Shown: positions 1 to 6,203 of the stretch, piece after piece
Layout of the letters: each line of letters opens with the position of its first letter
Position numbering within the stretch: position 1 is the first letter of the stretch
Origin: Planctomycetota bacterium
GTDB lineage: Bacteria; Planctomycetota; Phycisphaerae; WQYP01
NCBI GenBank assembly: GCA_021810145.1
Contig: JAJZJL010000124.1
Coordinates: 1-14,100, forward strand
Length of the DNA stretch: 14,100 nucleotides
Direction: 5' to 3'
Translations under genes and position numbers: made by a program
Notes under the pieces: generated by a model
Seen by the model: only the letters and a program-made list of their open reading frames with translations
Databases searched by the model: none
Told to the model about the DNA's origin: nothing

Positions 1-746
1 GGCCCTGTTTCAGTTTTGATGATGTCGCGCAGCAAGGACAGACCCAGGAGTATCCCGATGTACCGCCGCACCTTGGCGATGAATTGGCCGATTCAGCCCA
101 TTGCGGCATCGACAACCTCGCGCATGATAAGGAACTGCCTGGCCTCCCGACCGAAACGGCCCCCGCCAATCAGGTCGCATGTTTTACGGAGAGTGGTCGT
201 TCGTTGAACCGGATTAGCCGCCTCCTATGCGACTTGAGATCTGGAACCCGCTCAAAAATCCAGATCGATAAACACAACGAATTCGCGGCTCCTCTGAAAA
301 ATCTCCGCCCGATCGGACGCGTATTTTCACCGGAGTTTTTCGTGCGCGCTTACCAGATCAAAAAATGCAAAAATGAGATTAGCTGTCCAAGTTCCGGCGC
401 GTCAGGGCTGCCCGATGCATCAGGCCGGCCTTAACTGACCTCGCCCCCAACCGTTTGTGAAATGATCCATGAGTTGCCTTGAAATGAAAAGCAAAATTCC
501 GTCAGGCTTTCGAGAATCAACCGCAGTTCACAATTGTCCTCTGTAGTATGTCAGTGCGGCAGAAATGCGGCTCGGCGCGGCCCCGTAAAAGCTTACAAGG
601 CAGTGGCGCATGGACAGCGCTGGATCCATTGATAAGAAGTAGGAATTGTGCACTTGAATGATATTGAAAACCGATGGATAATCCGCCAAGGGGATCAAGA
701 ATGCTTGATCCGCTCCCAGAGGTCTAACGGGAGTCCGCCTGATTTT

Positions 747-1478
747 ATGCTTGGCACGCTTTTTCTGATTTGCGCCGTTGCAGGCGGCACTTTATTTTTG
801 TGCCTGTTTTTTCTGCAACTTCTTGGCTTGGGCGGGCATCATGCCGGCATGCACCATAGTTCGTCCCCCGGTGTGCACGCGAACCATTTGACTCCAGGCA
901 CTCATTCCGCACCGGCACAGGCGGGTGGCTTTCGCGGCCATCTGGCCCGCAGCCTTGGAGGCAAGCAGGCTGTATCTCATGTTCTCGCCCACCAGAGCAG
1001 CAGCCCCGGACAGACCGGGCACTGGGCACCAGTGTTACAGTCATGGCTTGTGACAATGCTGAGTTTTCAGGGAATCGTGACCGGGGTCACCGCTTTTGGC
1101 CTGGTCGGTTTGGCCGCAATGTCACAAAACTGGACAGTTTGGCTGGTCTTGCCATTGGCGTCTCTGAGCGCAATCGGCGCAAGCCTTCTGGTCGCTTCAT
1201 TGCTTCATCTTCTACTGTCGATGGATTCGGACGGAACCATCAATACGGTGGAGGCAATCGGTTCCACGGGTTCGGTCTACCTTTCGATTCCACCGCGGAA
1301 CACTGGAATCGGAAAAGTTCTGGTAAGGATGCAGGGGAGGACCATGGAATACAGTGCGGTAACTTATCAGCCCGAAGAGATTAAAACGGGAGAAGAAATT
1401 ATAGTTGTGGGCGTGCAGAAACCGGGTATCCTAGAGGTGTCGTCGGCGTCATCCGTGCCAACTCGGATCGACTTTTAA
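747..1478 (+). CDS. NfeD-family membrane protein (short YuaF/YqeZ-like form): N-terminal TM helices, His-rich linker, C-terminal OB-fold beta-barrel domain
   Basis: The C-terminal ~70 aa (GSTGSVYLSIPPRNTGIGKVLVRMQGRTMEYSAVTYQPEEIKTGEEIIVVGVQKPGILEV) has the G-x-G-K-V...G...A...G..V.VV.V.G..L.V pattern of the NfeD OB-fold. It is preceded by hydrophobic TM segments (LGTLFLICAVAGGTLFLCLFF; VTAFGLVGLAAM; VWLVLPLASLSAIGASLLVASLL). The gene sits 20 nt upstream of a flotillin gene, which is the classic nfeD-SPFH arrangement. The ATG at 747 has GGGAG 13 nt upstream. The His-rich segment has coding-like GC3. The supplied ORF starts at 648, and an alternative ATG at 1056 would give a 141-aa protein, so the start is uncertain. 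Confidence 0.7.
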   Translation: MLGTLFLICAVAGGTLFLCLFFLQLLGLGGHHAGMHHSSSPGVHANHLTPGTHSAPAQAGGFRGHLARSLGGKQAVSHVLAHQSSSPGQTGHWAPVLQSWLVTMLSFQGIVTGVTAFGLVGLAAMSQNWTVWLVLPLASLSAIGASLLVASLLHLLLSMDSDGTINTVEAIGSTGSVYLSIPPRNTGIGKVLVRMQGRTMEYSAVTYQPEEIKTGEEIIVVGVQKPGILEVSSASSVPTRIDF

Positions 1479-1498
1479 AAAAGCAAAGGAGCAACACG

Positions 1499-3199
1499 AT
1501 GATTCCCCTGGCGTTTATGCTTCCGGCAGCGGTCGTTACAGGCGGTCAGTGGATCGGCATACTGAGCGCTTTTGTTGCAATCGTTTTTTTCTCTTTCGTT
1601 CTGCTGGCGCTTAGCCGATACAAGCGCTGTCCGAGCAACCGAATACTGGTAATCTACGGTCGAGTCGGCGGCGGAAACACGGCCCGGTGTATTCACGGCG
1701 GCGCCGCCTTTGTTCTGCCACTGATACAGGACTGCTCGTTCCTGAGCCTCGAACCGTTACAGATAGAAATCCCGCTCTCCGGCGCCCTATCCATTGAAAA
1801 TATCCGTGTGAGCGTACCGAGTGTGTTTACCGTGGCAATTGGCACCACGCCTGAATTGATGCAAAACGCGGCCATCCGCTTGTTGGGGCTCGACATGAAG
1901 CGCATTCAGGAGCGTCTGGAACACATTATTTTCGGACAATTTCGTGATGTGATAGCCTCCATGAAAATCGAGGATATTGCACGACACCGCGAGCAGTTCC
2001 TTAAGAACATTCAACTTTCACTGGAGCCGGAGCTTAACAAACTGGGACTGGTGCTCATTAATGTGAACATTACAGATATTAATGATGAATCCGGCTATAT
2101 CGTGGCGATCGGCAAGAAAGCCGCCTCGCAGGCGGTGCAACAGGCCATGGTGGATGTCGCCCAGCAGGAAAAACTGGGAGCGGGAGGCGTGGCGGACGCC
2201 GAACGCGAAAAAGCCATTCAGGTTGCCAACGCCCAGAAACTCAAGGACATCGGCCTGCACGAAGCCCAAAAAGATCAGGCCGTTCGTGTCGCGGAACTGG
2301 AACGCGACCAGAAAATCGGGGAGGCCACGTCGCAGCGTGATCAGATCGTCCGCTTTGCCGAACTGGACAAGGAGAAAAAAGTCGCCGAACAGAAGGCTAG
2401 TTTTCAGCGCGATATTGAGGTTGCGGAAGCGGATCAGGCCAAGCGTATCGCCGTGGCGGATGCCAACGCCGTCGCAATTGCCGGAGAGAGCAAGGCACAA
2501 GCCAATATTGCATCGGCTCAATCCGAACTGCAAATCAGGCAGGCCGAGGCCTATCGGGCCGCTGAAATTATGAAGCGTCAGGCCGATGCGGCGGTCGAAG
2601 AGGCCCAGAATCTGGCGTTGGCAAAAGCGGCCATGGCAAAAGCCCAACTGGTCGAAGCGCAGCAGATCGCCGCGGTCGAAGCTCCTGCCAAGGTTGAAAA
2701 AGCGAAGATTCTCGTCGATGCTCAAGCCGCCGCGGAAAAGCGGCGACTGGAAGCGGAAGCGGAGGCCAATGCGATTTTTGTAAAAATTGACGCCGAAGCC
2801 CGTGGACAATATGAAACACTGGCGAAGAAAGCCGAGGGCCTGAAAATGATTATCGACGCCTGCGGCGGATCGGACAAAGCCTTCCAGATGCTCATGTTGG
2901 AGCACATGGACAAACTGGCGGAAACTGCGGCCACGGCCATTTCCAATATTAAATTTGATAAAGTGGTGGTGTGGGAAAATGGCCACTCCGGCTCTAACGG
3001 CAATGCGGCGTCGAACTTTCTGCAGGGGATGGCGCGAAGCATGCCGCCAATGATGCAGGTGATGCGCGATATCGGCGGAGTCGAATTGCCGGAGTATCTT
3101 GGACGGTTTGCAACAGACGGCGCTGTCCGAAAAACGGTCGATGAAAAGCCCGCGACCGAGAATCCCAGTCCGGAAGTTGATGCAACCCAGGGCGCTTAA
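1499..3199 (+). CDS. floT: Flotillin (FloT/YuaG-like SPFH/Band-7 protein with long Ala/Glu/Gln-rich coiled-coil flotillin repeats)
   Basis: The 566-aa protein has an N-terminal TM/hairpin followed by an SPFH domain. Segments align by eye with B. subtilis FloT: HGGAAFVLPLIQDCSFLSLEP vs RGGGTFVLPVFQQAEPLSL; EDIARHREQF vs EEIYKNREKF; LGLVLINVNITDINDESGYIVAIGK vs MGLVIVSFTIKDVRDKNGYLESLGK. A ~200-aa EA-rich coiled coil follows, and there is a C-terminal KVVVWENG vs ITVVDTGG match. A perfect AAGGAG lies 7 nt upstream of the ATG. Confidence 0.95.
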   Translation: MIPLAFMLPAAVVTGGQWIGILSAFVAIVFFSFVLLALSRYKRCPSNRILVIYGRVGGGNTARCIHGGAAFVLPLIQDCSFLSLEPLQIEIPLSGALSIENIRVSVPSVFTVAIGTTPELMQNAAIRLLGLDMKRIQERLEHIIFGQFRDVIASMKIEDIARHREQFLKNIQLSLEPELNKLGLVLINVNITDINDESGYIVAIGKKAASQAVQQAMVDVAQQEKLGAGGVADAEREKAIQVANAQKLKDIGLHEAQKDQAVRVAELERDQKIGEATSQRDQIVRFAELDKEKKVAEQKASFQRDIEVAEADQAKRIAVADANAVAIAGESKAQANIASAQSELQIRQAEAYRAAEIMKRQADAAVEEAQNLALAKAAMAKAQLVEAQQIAAVEAPAKVEKAKILVDAQAAAEKRRLEAEAEANAIFVKIDAEARGQYETLAKKAEGLKMIIDACGGSDKAFQMLMLEHMDKLAETAATAISNIKFDKVVVWENGHSGSNGNAASNFLQGMARSMPPMMQVMRDIGGVELPEYLGRFATDGAVRKTVDEKPATENPSPEVDATQGA

Positions 3200-3240
3200 A
3201 CGGCGTACTCATTCGAGGATATATAAGACAGGAATAGATT

Positions 3241-3948
3241 ATGTTGAAACGAATCGGCAATTTGTTCAAGGGGGTTCTGGGCACGTCGGTTTCCAGTATC
3301 GAGCGACGGAACCCCGAGATGCTTCTGGAGGTGGAAAAGGAGAATGTTCGCGCTCAGATCGGCAAGTTTAACAAAGGATTGGCCGCTCACGCGGGACTGT
3401 GCGAGCGGCTGATGTCGCGTGTTAAAACACTGGAGAACGATCAACAGGAACTTCAAGCCCGTACCAGCGCCCATTTGCGGGCAGGAAACCGCGACCTGGC
3501 GGCACAGTATGCGTTGCGGCTCAAAACCACAGCGCATGAGCTGGAGGAAAACCGGCGACAACTCGGTGCCGCGGAAGAGACCTATAGCACGCTGATTCGC
3601 CAGCGCGATGTGGCCGTCGAGGCGGCCCGCCAGAAAATAGAGTCACTCAAGCAGTCGATCGACGATTTAAAGGTAAAAAAAGCGATGGCGGAGCTGACAG
3701 AAACCGCCTCGGGCATGGTGACCGGGGCCGGTGCCAGTGGCGACACCCTCTCGCGCCTGCGCGAAATGGTAGAGGATGAACGATCCAAGGCGGCGGGACG
3801 GATTCGCGTAGCACGCGACTCAATGTCGCTTACAGACCTTGACATCAAGGAGCGCGAACAGAAAGCCATGGCAGAACAGGCCCTCGCGGAGTTTGAGGGC
3901 AAAGCCCCGCCTCAACTCGGTGCCGGTGACACCGCAAACCCAAGCTGA
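3241..3948 (+). CDS. pspA: PspA/IM30/Vipp1-family protein (phage-shock protein A-like, ESCRT-III superfamily)
   Basis: The 235-aa protein is predicted to be all coiled coil. It has an N-terminal amphipathic helix (LKRIGNLFKGVLG), the NPEMLLE motif (cf. conserved DPEKML of PspA) and AGNRDLAAQYALRLK (cf. PspA GREDLARAAL), and its length is typical for the family. AGGAA lies 8 nt upstream of the ATG. It starts 41 nt after the flotillin stop. Confidence 0.85.
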   Translation: MLKRIGNLFKGVLGTSVSSIERRNPEMLLEVEKENVRAQIGKFNKGLAAHAGLCERLMSRVKTLENDQQELQARTSAHLRAGNRDLAAQYALRLKTTAHELEENRRQLGAAEETYSTLIRQRDVAVEAARQKIESLKQSIDDLKVKKAMAELTETASGMVTGAGASGDTLSRLREMVEDERSKAAGRIRVARDSMSLTDLDIKEREQKAMAEQALAEFEGKAPPQLGAGDTANPS

Positions 3949-4332
3949 TTACCGATGCAGCCCGGGTGCTCAAGCGCCGTTCGACACTGGATCGCCTGAA
4001 AAGGCTATTGGCCGATCCCGGCATCGGATGGGCACGTAAAATGAATGGTGCCGATCCAATGACGGTTTACCTTCATGCCCAGCGCCAATATAGAATTCCT
4101 GCGGAAGTGCCCTCGCATTTTTATCGTCTTGAGTTTTGCCGCACTCATTTCCGCGCGGCCGGACCTTACCGCGACCATTGATTTTCGTCGCTCCCGTCGG
4201 GTTATCCTGACCTTTTTCATCGGCCCGTTTTTTTGGGAAGGCATGCGGATATTCCATCACCGTGCGATGATCTTTGCGATAAGTGGCAAGCTTTCTTTCT
4301 GTGGGTTTTTAGTGCGGCTCATTAGCATTTTC

Positions 4333-5181
4333 CTAATAGTCCGCTTTGCGGTAGCCCGGGCGGTGATCGTCGGCATCGTAGGCGACGGTTTGTTCGGTAC
4401 CATGAACTTCCACGCGCTGAATGGAAACCGCTTTGCCGGTTTTTTCATCAATGGTGGCCAGAATACCGCTCATGCGCGGATCACCCGTGGCCACGTCAAA
4501 CATCTGCGGCATGCTGGTAGTGAAAAATTTCAGCACCCGCTCGGTCCGTCGCCCCAGCACACTGGCATACGGGCCGGTCATGCCGACATCAGAAATAAAC
4601 GCGGTTCCGCCCGGCAGCACGCGGGCATCGGCGGTGGGCGTGTGGGTGTGGGTACCAAAGCAGACCGACACGCGACCATCCAGGTACCAGCCCATGCCAA
4701 CTTTTTCACTGCTGGCCTCGGCATGAAAATCCACCACGCGCACCAGAACATCACGCGGCACTTCCTCCAACATGCGGTCAATGGCCGGATAGGGACTGTC
4801 AATGGGATCCATATATACCCGGCCCATAACCTGCAAAACCGCCACACTCACACCACCGGCCGTTTTGGCCAGCGTCCAGCCTTTACCAATACTTTCCTTC
4901 GGAAAGTTGCCGGGGCGTATTAACTGATTCGATGTTTCCAGCAGTTTAATGACTTCCCGCCGCCGATAGGTATGATCCCCCATCGTGCATACGTTTACAC
5001 CCGAAGCCAGTAATTTTTCAAAAATAGCCGGAGTCAAACCGGAACCACCGGCGGAATTCTCCGCATTGGCCACCACCAGATCAATGCCGCGGGATTTAAT
5101 AAAATCCGGCAGCATTTCCATGATAACTTGCCGGCCAGGCCGGCCGACAATATCGCCCAGGCATAAGATATTAATGGACAT
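4333..5181 (-). CDS. ymdB: YmdB-family metallophosphoesterase (TIGR00282-like; 2',3'-cyclic nucleotide phosphodiesterase family)
   Basis: There is strong by-eye alignment to B. subtilis YmdB along the whole length. Matching motifs include ILCLGDIVGRPGR (ILFIGDVVGSPGR), ANAENSAGGSGLT (INGENAAHGKGLT), TMGDHT (TMGNHT), LIRPGNFP (LVRPANFP), VDFHAEASSEKVGMGWYLDGRVS (IDFHAEATSEKLALGHYTDGRAS), GTHTHTPTAD (GTHTHVQTAD) and DVGMTGPY. The ORF track begins at a TTG (5193), but the ATG at 5181 (MSINIL...) aligns with the family N-terminus and has GAAAGGA upstream. Confidence 0.9.
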   Translation of the reverse strand: MSINILCLGDIVGRPGRQVIMEMLPDFIKSRGIDLVVANAENSAGGSGLTPAIFEKLLASGVNVCTMGDHTYRRREVIKLLETSNQLIRPGNFPKESIGKGWTLAKTAGGVSVAVLQVMGRVYMDPIDSPYPAIDRMLEEVPRDVLVRVVDFHAEASSEKVGMGWYLDGRVSVCFGTHTHTPTADARVLPGGTAFISDVGMTGPYASVLGRRTERVLKFFTTSMPQMFDVATGDPRMSGILATIDEKTGKAVSIQRVEVHGTEQTVAYDADDHRPGYRKADY

Positions 5182-5212
5182 GGTGCTGGCCAATCCTTTC
5201 CAATGATGGCCG

Positions 5213-5491
5213 CTAATTCAATGGGCCGGCAAGATAATGAATGCTTAAAAAGAAAACCACCTGAATAATCAGCGCAATCAGCGCCATAAAAAAAAGCACT
5301 TTGATTGAAAACCATAAGGTTCCCGGCACCAGGCCGGAAAGATCATCGCGCCGCACCGTCTGATACACCAGTGAAATGATCACCACCAGCGGAAAAATCA
5401 GCAGCAGCCATATGGCAGTGAGGTGCGGAATGGCGGAATACAGCGGATTAATAAATGGAACCCAGGCCAGCGGTCCAAGCAGAGCGGTCAT
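5213..5491 (-). CDS. Small hydrophobic membrane protein (92 aa, 2-3 TM), unknown function
   Basis: It starts with an ATG and consists of three hydrophobic stretches. Its start overlaps the stop of the upstream gene in an ATGA arrangement (5488..5491), and it ends 31 nt before ymdB on the same strand. I recognised no family. Confidence 0.5.
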   Translation of the reverse strand: MTALLGPLAWVPFINPLYSAIPHLTAIWLLLIFPLVVIISLVYQTVRRDDLSGLVPGTLWFSIKVLFFMALIALIIQVVFFLSIHYLAGPLN

Positions 5492-5964
5492 GTTTTGGCC
5501 TCCGTGGCTTTACCGGCTGGCGGCATCTGCGGGGCTGGCTCGCTGATTCGCATAAACAAGTCCACCAGAATCAGCAGATTCAGCATGCCCGCCAAACCAC
5601 AGTACGCCGTGGCAACTTCCTGAATCAGCGGGGCAAAACCCGGCGGATGGTGCGACTTCGGCGGGTAGTAATGCGGCTTAATGGTAACACCCGCAACGGC
5701 CGGCCACCCTGCCATATACTGGGCATAATCCCACAAGCGCTGGCGCGGACGGTTCAGCGCCGGCAAGCCACCCAGCAGCAGCCCCATGAAAAACAGGCCA
5801 TGAATGCCCAATGCAAAAATTTTCGCGTGTTTCTTACGGCCCACCATCCAATGGCCCAGGCCGGGGACAAACCACCCTACCGCCAGCGCCACATATCCAA
5901 TTGCGCCTGAACCATTATCTTCAATTGAAGAATCCAAGAACCGCTCCAAAATCCGCTGCGGCAC
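5488..5964 (-). CDS. Membrane protein (158 aa, ~3 TM) with W-F-x-P-G-L-G-H-W-x-x-G-[RK] motif; uncharacterised family
   Basis: It has a GTG start at 5964, with an in-frame stop 6 codons upstream. The motif VGWFVPGLGHWMVGRKK is followed by two more TM helices. It is the first gene of the minus-strand operon. A sigma70-like promoter (TTGGCA-18-TATAAA) lies about 30 nt upstream on the same strand. No function could be assigned. Confidence 0.6.
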   Translation of the reverse strand: MPQRILERFLDSSIEDNGSGAIGYVALAVGWFVPGLGHWMVGRKKHAKIFALGIHGLFFMGLLLGGLPALNRPRQRLWDYAQYMAGWPAVAGVTIKPHYYPPKSHHPPGFAPLIQEVATAYCGLAGMLNLLILVDLFMRISEPAPQMPPAGKATEAKT

Positions 5965-5991
5965 ATTCTGTCCAAGCAGCTACAACTCACT

Positions 5992-6021
5992 TTTATACCG
6001 ATTCAGCCGACTTTTTGCCAA
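5992..6021 (-). promoter_or_regulatory. Sigma70-like promoter candidate for the minus-strand operon 5964->4333 (-35 TTGGCA, 18-nt spacer, -10 TATAAA)
   Basis: Read on the minus strand, the sequence is TTGGCAAAAAGTCGGCTGAATCGGTATAAA, ending ~25 nt upstream of the GTG start at 5964. It is flanked by a second TTGGCA 22 bp further upstream and by an inverted repeat GGCAGA-N5-TCTGCC (6025..6041). Confidence 0.3.
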
Positions 6022-6150
6022 TCGGGCAGACAACATCTGCCAACCGAGGACACGGCGATATTTCCAGGCAGGGTTGAAATCTTCAAAAAACAAGCGTTTT
6101 GCAATATTCCCGGGATATTCCTGAATTGGCCGATCCAGGCCGTGATCCGT

Positions 6151-6179
6151 GAGCACGCCTGGCGGGCCGGTGCGTTTGC
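6151..6179 (-). terminator. GC-rich stem-loop just downstream of the dioxygenase stop (possible terminator or mRNA-stabilising hairpin lacking a U-tract)
   Basis: On the minus strand the sequence is GGCGGGTGCG-gcaaac-GCACCGGCCCGCC, a 6+3 bp GC stem with a bulge. It lies 25 nt after the stop at 6204. No U-run follows, so this is not a canonical intrinsic terminator. Confidence 0.25.
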
Positions 6180-6203
6180 CGCACCCGCCAAGGACGGTCT
6201 CTT

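Noticed and set aside
648-746. 5' extension of the NfeD ORF as given in the ORF track (start at 648, MHLNDIENRW...)
   Set aside because: The first 33 residues are hydrophilic and not NfeD-like. The ATG at 747 begins the first TM helix and has a GGGAG upstream. The extension is likely leader sequence that happens to be in frame.
745-1056. Minus-strand ORFs 745..1056 and 792..1022 antisense to nfeD
   Set aside because: They lie opposite the better-supported NfeD frame in a GC-rich low-complexity stretch, and their products are Arg/Cys-rich with no recognisable features.
2018-3042. Cluster of overlapping ORFs in and antisense to the flotillin gene (2018..2986 -, 2082..2573 +, 2568..2819 -, 2586..2783 +, 2722..3042 -)
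   Set aside because: They are a typical artefact of the repetitive GC-rich Ala/Glu/Gln coiled-coil coding region. The translations are Arg/Pro/Phe-rich nonsense, while the flotillin frame has strong homology support.
3949-4332. ORFs in the convergent spacer between pspA and ymdB (3966..4181 +, 3970..4260 -, 4005..4244 -) and possible terminator hairpins (CCGAT-cccggc-ATCGG; GCCT-gaaa-AGGC)
   Set aside because: The ORFs overlap one another on both strands and have a basic, low-complexity composition. The hairpins are short (4-5 bp) and lack U-tracts, so neither a gene nor a terminator could be supported.
4075-4923. 282-aa plus-strand ORF
   Set aside because: It is entirely antisense to the ymdB homologue, which has unambiguous family-wide similarity. 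Its product is His/Arg/Gly-rich with no motifs.
5455-5910. 151-aa plus-strand ORF, plus 5034..5315 (-) and 4985..5206 (+)
   Set aside because: They are antisense to or overlap the membrane-protein and ymdB genes. They are Arg/Gln-rich and have no start context.
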